Source: Craspedostauros australis
Taxonomy: Eukaryota
Direction: 5' to 3'
Assembly: GCA_030167865.1 (NCBI GenBank)
Contig: JALAGF010003586.1
Location: 124,001-176,441 of the forward strand
DNA: 52,441 nt
A program made the translations under genes and the position numbers. Below the pieces are notes generated by a model. It had not been told where the DNA came from and did not search any database. It worked only from the letters and a program-made list of their open reading frames with translations. This document shows, in pieces, positions 34,723-45,598 of this stretch (its first letter is position 1; each line of letters opens with the position of its first letter).

Positions 34723-36336
34723 ATGCATCGAACCACGAATACTCGTAGTGCTGCCAGCAGCACCAGCGACGATGCCAGTGCCAGCAAGTGTCGCAGCGCA
34801 GAGCTGATGTCGTCCATCCGAGATGTGCTCAAGGACGAACAACGGCCGTTGCTCGAACTCGCCATCCCGACCATGATCCTGCAGCTGGGCCTCATCTTCA
34901 CCCCGCTCGTCACGGCAAGCTGCGTGGGGCGCAAGCTCGGGGCCGTCTTCCTCAGCTCGCTCACCCTCGCCAATCTCACGGGCAACCTCTGCGCGCTCAG
35001 CCTCCTCGTGGGACTCTACAGCGCATCCGACACGCTGTCACCGCAAGCATTCGGCGCCGGCAACCACAGGGAGGTGGGATTACTCGCCATGAGAGGATTC
35101 TTCAGCAGCCTCGTCATCCTGGCCATCGTCAACGCAATCCTCATCCCCAACTTCCAGCCGATCCTCCTCCGCCTCGGACAGGACCCGGAAGCTGCCAACT
35201 ACGCATCGCAATGGTACAACGTCTACGCGATCGGCCTGCCGTTCTACTCGCTCTACACCGCGGCGTGGAAGTTCCTGTCCGCGCAGAACGTCATGACGCC
35301 GCTACTCTACTCCTGCGTGATCTCCTGCGTGGTGGTGCTCCCGGTCTCCCTGGAGCTCTTCATGGCATGGTACGGCTTCGTGGGTTCTGCCTACGCCTAC
35401 GTGGCATTCCAGATATCGCAGGTCTCAGTGCTATTCGTGATCTTGGCGTGGAAGCAGCCATACGAAGCAGCGACGTGGCCAGGGTTGCGGTGCTGGAGAG
35501 AGGCGTTGGACTATCAGCAGATGATGAAATACGTGTCGCTGGGGGTTGGGGGCATGCTCGCGCAGTGCTCGTGGGTGTACTGGGAGGCGCTGGGACTGAT
35601 GGTGGGCACGCTGGGTGTGCTGCCCCTCAGCATCCACACCATCCCCACCCAGCTCATCATGGCGACGTCCCTCTGCCAGTACGGCATCGCCGTGGCTCTG
35701 TCCAACCGCATGGGAGTATCGATACCGAAGGATGTGAGGCGGACGAAGCTGCTCGCGGCTGGCGTCACCGTTCTGTCGATGATTTTCTGCATGGTCGTCT
35801 CCGTCCTGCTGTACGTCTTTCGAACTGACCTGATCGCGATATTCACGACGGACCAGCACGTCATCGACGGTGCTCGGCGCATCTGGCTGAAGGTCTGCAT
35901 CTACAACTTCGCGGTCTGCATCTTCTCCAGCATCGTCGGGGTCGTCAACGGCCTTGGGATGCAGTGGGAATTGGGCATGGTGAACGCCGTCTTCCTTTGG
36001 CTCTTTGGTATTCCGATCACCTACTACACGGCGATCGTCCAAGGACACGGCGTCGGGGCGGTGTGGACGTGGATCATCATGCCGTACGCAGGCATCGACA
36101 TCGTCCTCACCGTCGTAACGATGCGGAAGGACTGGGATGCCATCAGCAGGGGTATTCAGCAACGCGAAGGCATGAAGTGTTCCCCCGCCGCGGATGTGTA
36201 CGAGTCCAACGACTCGGGGACGCTTCCTGACAGCATGTGCGATTCCAGCAGCGACGATGGCAGTGGTATTGATATTGACCATATCGATGGGGATGTGGCG
36301 GGCGTCAACGAGCGCACGTACCTGTTGATCGTGTAG
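34723..36336 (+). CDS. MATE family transporter, paralog 1 (537 aa)
   Basis: About 12 TM helices. LELAIPTMILQ, SASDTLSPQAFGAG, KFLSAQN and SNRMG. Intronless. The true start may be the downstream Met. Confidence 0.93.
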   Translation: MHRTTNTRSAASSTSDDASASKCRSAELMSSIRDVLKDEQRPLLELAIPTMILQLGLIFTPLVTASCVGRKLGAVFLSSLTLANLTGNLCALSLLVGLYSASDTLSPQAFGAGNHREVGLLAMRGFFSSLVILAIVNAILIPNFQPILLRLGQDPEAANYASQWYNVYAIGLPFYSLYTAAWKFLSAQNVMTPLLYSCVISCVVVLPVSLELFMAWYGFVGSAYAYVAFQISQVSVLFVILAWKQPYEAATWPGLRCWREALDYQQMMKYVSLGVGGMLAQCSWVYWEALGLMVGTLGVLPLSIHTIPTQLIMATSLCQYGIAVALSNRMGVSIPKDVRRTKLLAAGVTVLSMIFCMVVSVLLYVFRTDLIAIFTTDQHVIDGARRIWLKVCIYNFAVCIFSSIVGVVNGLGMQWELGMVNAVFLWLFGIPITYYTAIVQGHGVGAVWTWIIMPYAGIDIVLTVVTMRKDWDAISRGIQQREGMKCSPAADVYESNDSGTLPDSMCDSSSDDGSGIDIDHIDGDVAGVNERTYLLIV

Positions 36337-37801
36337 GTAGCACACTGGTCTGTTGCCGCTGCAAGCACATGCCAACTGCACACTGGAACGTACATATGGT
36401 GCAACTGCTACATACCATTCGTGCGATGCTGGCACACAGACTTGCACATGTACTCGACATTCATTCACGCATTAAATTTACACTACAGTAGCACTAGAGA
36501 ATAGTCAAGTCGAGACAGGAACACCTGGAGTAGAGTGCAGCATTCTCCTCTAATTGGCGAAGATGGTTCTCCAGAGAGAGAGAGGAACAGAGCTCCAAAT
36601 TAGTACACGACAGAGTGTTTGTCATGGACCTGCGAGTGCAAGTGGTTAGAGTGCTCGGCACACCCGTGCTTGCTCCGTGCCATCTTCATTACACTGTTGT
36701 ATGTGCGACTGTGTGAGGTTGGCACCTGCACCGTCCACAGCCGTCACAATCTGGAATACTCCTGTCCCCTCATTCTCCCCGTTGAGGGGAGTGGATACGA
36801 TACTTGTACACCAGCAGATCTGTGAATGTCCACACTTCATGGACGACAAGCCCTCTCTACTGTTACACTCGTGGCTGCAATGCAGTCTCCATAACGTATC
36901 ACACATGCACCGACCATTTGGTGCACAGATCGTACCAGTGGCTTGTACTCTATTATAGAATATAATATTGCATAATGTGTGCCAGCCACCAAAGAGTAGG
37001 GATGAAGCAATGCTGCTTGGAAGAGTGGGATGGGAAAGGTGTCGGCCACAAAGGTGCTCCGACCACACCGATTGAGCCTCGCTTGCACACTCTGTGCGGT
37101 CATGTCCACCACAAAGTACCTTTTCTTGAGAATTTCCCTTCTGTTGCTTGCGGTTGGGAAACCCGGATTTTGTCAATTTGGCTTCCTCACACGGCGCGTG
37201 TTGTGTCTTGGTGACCGTTCCGTTCCGTGACTTGTGGTTGTGTTGTGTGCGAGGAAACCTGTTACTTTTCCTTCTTTGTGCCCAAATCCGTCGCAGATGG
37301 GTGGTGGTGATGATTATAGCGATGTCACGGAGAGACAAAAGGGAGGCGATGACAACCGGTGGCTGACGCGTTCATCACATTTCGCCACACACCAACAGCA
37401 AACTCTCACTCCCTGAGATGCTCCCTCTGCTTTCACATTCGATCTTCTGCTTCTTGCGCGCTGAGAACATCCCGATGGCACCCACACAAAGGCAATGATC
37501 CAACACAGGTGCTCGCAGATCGTACTTAACCATTTCAACGATCAATTCAACTACCCAATTCGACGATCAAGTCGACGATCAATTGGAAGGAATCGACCCA
37601 ACACCTCTCACGAAGACAAACACATAAATTCCAAGCCAGCACAAACAGACCGACACGCAAACCAACAAACACACAAACCAACAAACACACAAACACACAA
37701 ACACACAAACACATACACCCTCTCTTTCTCCAACTGTCTCTCTCGCCCATCTCTCACCACAGAGGACTCAGTCAACAACGCCAACTCAATAACACTCCAC
37801 T

Positions 37802-39412
37802 ATGGTTCCAAAGCGTGACACTGACGTCATCGCGGATGTCGCGACATCAATCGTGGGATACGGCGGTGACCTCATTCAGGATGGAGCAACTACAGCCACA
37901 AGTACAGCCACAAGTACCGATACCGCAATGAAACAAAAGGACGGCAATCCCGAAGCAACCATCTCCGACCTCATCCACTATGAGCTGCGCCCCTTCCTGG
38001 AGGTGGCCGTCCCCAGCGTGCTGCTGCAGATTGGCTTCATGCTGCCTCCGTTCACGATTGCCAGCACCATCGGCCGCGAATTCGGCTCCCTCCATCTCAG
38101 CGGGTTCAGCCTCGCCAACCTCACGGGCAACATCTGCTCGCTCAGCCTCCTCGCCGGGCTCTACAGCGCATGCGAGACTCTCGCCCCGCAATCCTTCGGC
38201 GCCGGCAACTACAGGGAGGTCGGGTTGCTCGCCATGAGAGGCTTCTTCGTCAGCCTCGTGGTGCTGGCAACCGTCAATGTCATCCTGATCCCCAACATGC
38301 AGTCCTTTTTGGTGGCGCTGGGGCAGGATATGGAGGCCGCGAAGCACGCGTCCGACTGGTACAGAATCTACGCCGTCTCGCTCCCCTTCTTCTCCCTGTA
38401 CATGACCGTGTGGAGGTTCCTCTCGGCGCAGAACATCATGACGCCACTGCTCTACTCATGCTTCCTCGCATGTGCGGTGGTCCTCCCGATCTCGCTCAAA
38501 TTCCTCACGGCATGGTACGGCTTTCTGGGGACGGCGTACGCCTTCCTGTCCTTCCAGGTGGCGCAGGTGGCGATCCTGCTCTTCATCGTGTCGTGGTTCA
38601 AGCCCCACACGCCAGAGACATGGCCAGGATTGCAGTGCTGGAGGGAGGTTCTGGACCCCCGACGGCTCATCGAGTTCGTCTCGCTCAGCCTGGGTGGCAT
38701 GGTCGCCCGATCCGAGTGGGTCTACTGGGAAGGCTTGGGATTGATCGTCGGTATGATCGGGGTGCTGCCGCTCAGCGTCCACACCATCCCGGCCCAGATT
38801 GTGGGCGCGACTCTCATGTGTCCGTTCGGCATCGGCGCGGGCCTGTCCATCCGCATGGGCATCCTGCTCCCAACCAACGTGCCGCGCACCAGGCTCCTGG
38901 TTCTGACCACCGCGATCATCGCCGCCATCGGCTTCTTCATCACCTCCGTCCTCCTGTACATCTTCCGATACGAGCTGTTCTCCATCTTCACGGTGGAGCA
39001 GGAGGTCATCGACGCCGCGGATGGCATCTGGATCAAGGTGTGCATCTTCAACTTCGTCGGCTCCAATTTCGCGACGGCCGTCGGCATCGCCAACGGGTTG
39101 GGCATGCAATGGATGTCGGCGGTCGTGCACGTCCTATTCCTCTGGGTTCTGGGAATCCCCATCACGTACTGCACATCCATCCTGCAAGGCCACGGTCTCG
39201 CGGCGACGTGGACGTGGATCATCGCGCCCTACGTCGGCATCGACCTCTCATTTTACACGGCGTTCCTGTGGAAGGATTGGGATGCCTTCAGTTTGGAAAT
39301 TCAGCAACGCGAAGGTATGGCGAGCGACGATGACGACGACGACGACGACAGCAAACAGCAGACGACGAAGGGCGACGAGGCGAGCGAACGCACGCATCTC
39401 CTGATGGCATAG
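37802..39412 (+). CDS. MATE family transporter, paralog 2 (536 aa)
   Basis: About 12 TM helices. SACETLAPQSFGAG, RFLSAQN, SEWVYWE and SIRMG. Intronless. Confidence 0.93.
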   Translation: MVPKRDTDVIADVATSIVGYGGDLIQDGATTATSTATSTDTAMKQKDGNPEATISDLIHYELRPFLEVAVPSVLLQIGFMLPPFTIASTIGREFGSLHLSGFSLANLTGNICSLSLLAGLYSACETLAPQSFGAGNYREVGLLAMRGFFVSLVVLATVNVILIPNMQSFLVALGQDMEAAKHASDWYRIYAVSLPFFSLYMTVWRFLSAQNIMTPLLYSCFLACAVVLPISLKFLTAWYGFLGTAYAFLSFQVAQVAILLFIVSWFKPHTPETWPGLQCWREVLDPRRLIEFVSLSLGGMVARSEWVYWEGLGLIVGMIGVLPLSVHTIPAQIVGATLMCPFGIGAGLSIRMGILLPTNVPRTRLLVLTTAIIAAIGFFITSVLLYIFRYELFSIFTVEQEVIDAADGIWIKVCIFNFVGSNFATAVGIANGLGMQWMSAVVHVLFLWVLGIPITYCTSILQGHGLAATWTWIIAPYVGIDLSFYTAFLWKDWDAFSLEIQQREGMASDDDDDDDDSKQQTTKGDEASERTHLLMA

Positions 39413-40304
39413 AGAGCTACCACGCTGCCATACACAAGCATCACATGACACCATAATACATATTATACGTATAATATTTAACACTAGAGGATGCTGTTCC
39501 ATAATAGTACACTGCGTAGAGTGCTATACTTAATAGAATAAGATGATGGACGTCTGCTCTCCGAAGAATGCTTGACATGTTCATCATGGATTCATGCACA
39601 TTCACGCCTGCACGACATTTCGGCGATTCGTCTGTTGTCTTCGTGGTATGATCAATTAGCATAGATCCAAGCGTGGTGGTCGTGGCCTAAGCACGTTCGC
39701 ACGCTATAGGAATCCGAGACGAAGACACCGCAAAATGACCAGACGCGAATGAGAAGAATTTGTCCGCATAACACGCTGTTGCGCCGAAGGAATCTTCGTC
39801 CTCAACGAGAAAGGGAGAACATCTGCGAAACTCGCCGTTGCCGTCCGACGAACCAGACCGAGCAAATCACGGCATTGCGAGGAGCTGCAAACTCGCACAC
39901 ACACAGACGCACTCACAGACACACTCACACAAACACAACACAGGCATTAACACGAGCCCTGACGATGCGAGAAACAGACAAATGCACAAGAGAGTGGCAC
40001 AGTTGGGCGCAACTGCGCTTTGCCCCACACTCAGCCACTCTCTGATCACCCGTCAAAGCGGCTGCAGCAGCAGCAGCAACCTGTTCCCATCCTGCTCTTG
40101 TCATAACTCAGAACAGCACCAGCGCAATCGCAATCGCAAGCACGAGCACGAGCACGAGCACGAACAACACGAGTATAATACTGGTACACGCGTAATACGA
40201 TACCTCTGAAGTTTGGCTGCGATCGACCACCGAGCGTCGGCCACTGACTGCTGACTGCTGCCAACCACCTGTTCACACCTCTCACTATCCCCCATTGATC
40301 GATC

Positions 40305-41876
40305 ATGTGTCATTCCACAGATGCCAACGGTGGCAACTACAATGACATGAAGATTCGCACCAGCGAAGGACTTCCACAAAAGCGCCTCTGCGCCGACGCA
40401 AGCGAAGAAGACTTCTCCACCATCGCGTGCGAGCTGCTGCGCGATGAGGCAAGGCCCTTCGCGGAACTGGCCATCCCCACCATGCTCATGAAGTGGGCAT
40501 ACGTCTTCACTCCGTTCGTCGTCGCGAGCATCGTCGGACGGACCTTCGACGCTGTCCACCTCAGCGCGTTCACCCTCGCCAACCTCACGAGCGGCCTCTG
40601 CAGCCTCAGCCTCCTTCTCGGCATCTACAGCGCCTCCGACACGCTCGCGCCGCAGGCGCTTGGCGCGGGGAACTACAGAGAGGTCGGCGTGGTGGCCATG
40701 AGAGGCTTCTTCGTCAGCCTCGTGGTGCTGGCCGCCGTCAACGCGCTCCTCATCCCTAACATGATCCCCGTCATGGCGGCCCTGGGCCAGCACCCGGACG
40801 TCGCATTGCACGCGAAGGAATGGTACCAGATCTCCGCCGTCTCCCTGCCCTTCTTTTCCCTCTACTCCGCCACATGGAGATTCCTTTCGGTGCAGAACAT
40901 CATCATGCCGACGGTCTACGCGTGCTCCATCGCGTGCCTGGGCGTCCTTCCCATCGCGTTGAACATCTTCATCCCGTTGTACGGATTCTTGGGCACCGCC
41001 TACGCCTTCGTGGTCTTCCAGTTTGCGCAGATGCTCCTGCTCCTGCTCTTCATCTGGTGGTGGCAACCGCACAAGGCGGAGACGTGGCCAGGCTTGCGAT
41101 GCTGGAGGGAGGCATTGGACTATCACCGCGTCGTTGAATACGTCTCGCTGGCCAGCGGGGGCATCCTGGCTCAGTCGGAATGGGTGTACTGGGAGGCGGT
41201 GGGACTGCTGGTTGGCACCACTGGAGTCATTCCACTCAGCGTCCACACCATCGCCTCGCAGCTCATCCTGGTGGGTTACATGGTCCCCTTCGGCATCGGC
41301 ATCGTCCTCAACATCCGCATGGGCATCTGGATGTCCGTCGACGTCCGCCGCACCAAGATCCTGGCCTTGCTCGCCATGGCCGCCTCCACCGTCTGCATCA
41401 CCATCATGGTCGCCTTGAGCTACGTCTTCCGCCATAGCTTCTTCGCTCTCTTCACCACCAACCAGGAAGTCATCGACAGCGCCGACGCCATATGGTTCTA
41501 CGTATGCGTGTACCTCTTCCTCGACTCCATCTTTGCCACCTTCACGGGGATCGTCAGCGCCCTGGAGCTGCAGTGGACGCTGGGCATCATCAACATCGTC
41601 TTGCTGTGGGGCGTCGGGATCCCCATCCTCTACTACGAGACCATCCTTCAAGGTCATGGCATCGGCGCGATATGGGTATGCATTAATATTCCCTACGTCG
41701 GCATCAACGCACTGCTGATCGCTGCGTTCTTCCTGAAGGACTGGGACGCGCTGAGCCTAAAGATTTGTCGACGGGACGACAAGATGGACAGCACCGTCGC
41801 GACGCAAGTGTCGCAACTTGATAGCGAGGCCAACGACATCGAGGCCAATGAAACCACCCATCTGCTGATGGTATAG
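40305..41876 (+). CDS. MATE family transporter, paralog 3 (523 aa)
   Basis: About 12 TM helices. SASDTLAPQALGAG, RFLSVQN, SEWVYWE and YLFLDSIF. Intronless. Confidence 0.93.
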   Translation: MCHSTDANGGNYNDMKIRTSEGLPQKRLCADASEEDFSTIACELLRDEARPFAELAIPTMLMKWAYVFTPFVVASIVGRTFDAVHLSAFTLANLTSGLCSLSLLLGIYSASDTLAPQALGAGNYREVGVVAMRGFFVSLVVLAAVNALLIPNMIPVMAALGQHPDVALHAKEWYQISAVSLPFFSLYSATWRFLSVQNIIMPTVYACSIACLGVLPIALNIFIPLYGFLGTAYAFVVFQFAQMLLLLLFIWWWQPHKAETWPGLRCWREALDYHRVVEYVSLASGGILAQSEWVYWEAVGLLVGTTGVIPLSVHTIASQLILVGYMVPFGIGIVLNIRMGIWMSVDVRRTKILALLAMAASTVCITIMVALSYVFRHSFFALFTTNQEVIDSADAIWFYVCVYLFLDSIFATFTGIVSALELQWTLGIINIVLLWGVGIPILYYETILQGHGIGAIWVCINIPYVGINALLIAAFFLKDWDALSLKICRRDDKMDSTVATQVSQLDSEANDIEANETTHLLMV

Positions 41877-43634
41877 ATTAGACAAAGTAAAGTTCATACC
41901 AAACATAGGACTCTGCGCAATCTACATATCGTACACCACTTGCACTCCAGAGACTGCAATGTGCTATTATGAGTGTCTAGAGTCGTGCGCTACAACGCAT
42001 GTTCTCATGCGACGGACCAATCGGAAGGCGAACATCATACTCGAGGACTATCGCCCCTGCCAGTTCGTGCCCATGTCACTCCATGGCCCCTTGAATGGGC
42101 CGACGGTCCTGGAGGTTGGCATGCACAGCGGCCTTCAATGTGGTACATCATTTGGTCACCACGTGCATATAGCTTCCTCAAATACATGCAATACCTCATA
42201 GAGCGCAGAGGTATGGCTAATATTACATGAATGGTATAGTGCGTACTAATCGAGCTGAACATGTAGTGCCGACAAGCGTTATCGTAACGCCGCCAGTTAG
42301 CCTCTGCGCGGCACAACGCAACGGAGCGTTGCGGAATGGAATTGGGTTGGTGGAATGCCAATCGAGCAGCGCAGAGGAGAACAGGTTACGTGGCTTGCGA
42401 CCAGGGCGCATGTACGTGAGGTGGCGAAAGTGAGTGGATCAGAATTGGTGGCTGTGGCGGACAGACATCGGAATTTAGAGTGTCCTTTTACGTTGGTATG
42501 AATGCAAACAACGGATTCAATAAGCTATATTTTAATATTACCGGTGTCACCAACATGAGAACCATTTGCGTTCGGCGAAGCGTAAAAACAGCTTCTCGGT
42601 TCGCCAATTGGCTGCCTTTGACTAATCCGAATGGCTACATCCCACAAGCTAGGTGAATGGTAAGGTACGTTGCTTTGCACACAACGAGAACTCACCATCA
42701 CAGAAAAGCAACATATGCTGGTCGCTTGACTTGCAGAGCGGACGCACATATAGTAGGTTGTACCACAGACTACAGAGGACTCTGCCTCCAGAGTCTGCCA
42801 TGTTCGTGGCAGAGATGTTCATGCTCTGGTGCGAGAACACGATAGATGGTGATTCAGCGTCCATGGAGTCTCCACCATTGGTAGAGTCCTCGACCAGTAC
42901 AACGCGACTCAACTTTGACGTGGTACCTTTTGCAAGTGTTCGAAATTGAAGTACAGTACTCTACTCTGCTCTATTGTGGATTCGCTCCGTTGGGATTTGA
43001 TCAACTTCGCTCGTGTGGAATCTACTCGTAGATCTTCTACTCTGCAGTGCTCCCTGCATGTTTGGCACACTGAGTCTTGTCGTGCCGTCCAGGATGCTGA
43101 ACAATCAGCGTGGGAGCAAAATTAGACGCGCGCTTTGATAGCACGTTGTCTCTTGTGATGCGCTTCCACGTCCGGTGCCGTTGTGGATTGTGCTATGTCG
43201 CCACGAGGGGAGCACTCCAAGTCTGCCTGGGATGCGCTCTGTTGCAGGAGGTGTACCATACGTATGCAACGGTGGACGTGTGATGAGATGCAACTCACTT
43301 TGCCTCGGTCGGTTCCGCAGCTCCATCACCGTAGTATGCAATCTCAGAATCCGCCGGTTCGCTCTCGTTGCCACGGCCTTTCGTTGTCGTGGATGCTGCA
43401 TTTCATTCATCCGTATATGTATGCATACATGCATGTATGGATGAACTGTGCTCGTGTGTACTTGCGACACGCTCCACGTAGTGCACTGCAGAGATTGTCT
43501 GTGCAGTTGTTTGGATTTGTTCGCTTCTGTGTGCCCCTTTCCTTGAACGAATCGCATCGCATGGACGTCTTCATGTCTTGAACGGCAAGTTAGAAGGTGC
43601 TGGTTGATTTCCCTCGCTCTCCGATGCTCTGCAG

Positions 43635-44795
43635 TTACACATCTTCCATGTTCAAAGTCTCAAACTCTGGCAGTGTCGGCACGGACGGGTCGATACCTCT
43701 GATGTACGTGTACTTGTGCTTCTGGACGACAACCACCACGGCGAGCAGCGATGCAACGAGCAGGAAGGAGAGGAGCAGCTTGAAGTGCACTAGCCTGAGG
43801 ATGTTCATGGAGATCTCGCCTGTCGCTTCCTCCGTGTCCGGGTCGATGGATGGCTTGGCAGACGACCCCCCTCGCTGTGGGATGGCAGCATCGTCACCCT
43901 TCACCATCTCGATCTCGTGGTTATTGTTGCCCTCGCTCGCCTCCGATCTCTCAACTGCAAAATTCGCCACCGCTTGTTCGCACGCAAAGCACAAGGAAGA
44001 AGTGGTGCCATCACCCCTGATGAATGGATCGCCACGTTCTGGGCAATTCGTGCCTTCGAACATGCCCTCTGTGGATGTGCCCATGTTCGGGATTTCCCAC
44101 GTGCACAGGTTCTGGCGAAATGATGTTGCGTTCAGGAACATGCGGTTCAGACTTGATTCTGGTGAGGGCCGCCATGATGACAGGTCCTGGTTGAAACTGG
44201 TGGCATCCGCGAACATGTCATCCAGATTTGATTCCGGCGCCGGCCGCCATGATGACAGATCCTGGTTGAAACTGGTGGCACGAGCGAACATGCTGTAGAA
44301 TTTATCCGCATTGGATATATCCCACGCATCGAGTGGTTGGTTGAATGATGTTGCCTGCTGAAACATCCCGGCGAAGTCGGTCCCACTGGACACGTCCCAT
44401 GATGATACGTCCTCATTGAATTGCTGCTTGTCGGCAAAGACAAAGTGGAAATTGCGGACAGGCGACACACACCAGGTCCCTATTGGCCAGCCGTACTTGC
44501 GTGCAACCGTAGAGTTTGGGGATGAATCCTCATCCACGTACAAATCCACCGCCCCCCTCAGCTCCAGGTTGTCCTGGAAGCATGCGAACTGGCGGCCATC
44601 GTTTGCATCGTTTGCATCGTTTTCTTGTTCTGTTGCTGATGATGCTGCAGTTGCTGGCATGGCTGCGCCTTCACCACTGCTGCCATTCGCATCTTCATCG
44701 CTGCTTTGAGCCATGACCAGCGTCACTTGGCACAGCAGAAGCAGTGCTGTGGAGAAGAGCGTCGCTCTCCCCAACAATCGTGAATTCAGCCTCAT
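43635..44795 (-). CDS. DUF285/BspA-like repeat surface protein with signal peptide and C-terminal TM helix (386 aa)
   Basis: Signal peptide, KYGWPIGTWCVS cap motif, about four 25-aa repeats of type FNQDLSSWxxxxxxxxxxMFxxATS, and a C-terminal hydrophobic helix. Confidence 0.88.
   Translation of the reverse strand: MRLNSRLLGRATLFSTALLLLCQVTLVMAQSSDEDANGSSGEGAAMPATAASSATEQENDANDANDGRQFACFQDNLELRGAVDLYVDEDSSPNSTVARKYGWPIGTWCVSPVRNFHFVFADKQQFNEDVSSWDVSSGTDFAGMFQQATSFNQPLDAWDISNADKFYSMFARATSFNQDLSSWRPAPESNLDDMFADATSFNQDLSSWRPSPESSLNRMFLNATSFRQNLCTWEIPNMGTSTEGMFEGTNCPERGDPFIRGDGTTSSLCFACEQAVANFAVERSEASEGNNNHEIEMVKGDDAAIPQRGGSSAKPSIDPDTEEATGEISMNILRLVHFKLLLSFLLVASLLAVVVVVQKHKYTYIRGIDPSVPTLPEFETLNMEDV
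44167..44292. repeat. 75-bp-period tandem duplication inside the DUF285 repeats
   Basis: ggccgccatgatgacag(g/a)tcctggttgaaactggtggca...gcgaacatg starts at 44167 and again at 44242. Confidence 0.85.
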
Positions 44796-45564
44796 CTTCT
44801 TTCTCTTGCACTATTCTATACTCTTCGTGGAGTACGAGTCCTCTGCTCGACTCTATGCGAATGCGATTGCGAATGGTTTTGATGTACTTGATGGTACTCT
44901 GGTGCAGTCTGTTGTTTCCTGTGCGTTTGAGTCTGCAACGGATGATCGCTGGCCTCTCTTCTCTTCGATGTGCTTCGTGAGCTGCTGATGCAAGTTGGGA
45001 CACTTGTTCCTATCTGCTCGGGTCTCTTCTTTGGTACGGATGATGTAATAGTAAGTTGATTGTTTGGTGGAGAATCGTTGCAATTGTTGTCGTTGCAGCT
45101 GGGGATGGAGCATGGCGCTGGTATGTGCGTATGGCGTCACACGAAGAGTGTGCATCGCAGAGCATTGCTGTTCTGTTGTGTTGATCGTATTGTCAAGTTT
45201 GAGTGGTGATCTGTGTGACGTGCTTTCGATTTCAAAGCCAACAACATCGCACACGTCGGTTCCTTCGTGTCTGACTCATGTCTCACACCCAATGCCTTGT
45301 GTGTCACATCGCATGATGCTGATTTGGCGACGTTCAAAACGAACAGGTTCTTTCTTCCAATGATCGGCTGGCGCAAACCACCCAACGGACGGATGAACAC
45401 GATTGAGTCGAATCAGGTCCACCAGGTCGTACGGAAATCAGCCTTCGCCACAAATCCCGTATGCACGAGTAAAAACTGGATGGAAACACGAGGATGAAAA
45501 ATCCAAGTTTACCCACACGAAAGAAGCGCCATCTGGAGAGAGGCCAAGTAGAGTGTGTACCGCG

Positions 45565-45598
45565 TACTACTATTATTATTATTATTATTATATTATAT
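45565..45598. repeat. (TAT)n microsatellite
   Basis: tactactattattattattattattatattatat, seen directly about 480 bp upstream of retroelement ORF1. Confidence 0.8.

Noticed and set aside
36952..36968. 17-nt match (ATATTATATTCTATAAT) between the - strand here and 45590-45606
   Set aside because: AT-rich low complexity with no extension into the flanks; cannot be supported as an element terminus.
40101..41657. 518-aa - strand ORF, and similar ones opposite MATE paralogs 1 and 2
   Set aside because: Antisense shadow frames of the GC3-rich MATE genes.
41877..43634. 1.7-kb intergenic stretch with short ORFs, as a possible decayed gene or transposon
   Set aside because: No recognisable protein motifs, terminal repeats or RNA-gene signatures by eye.
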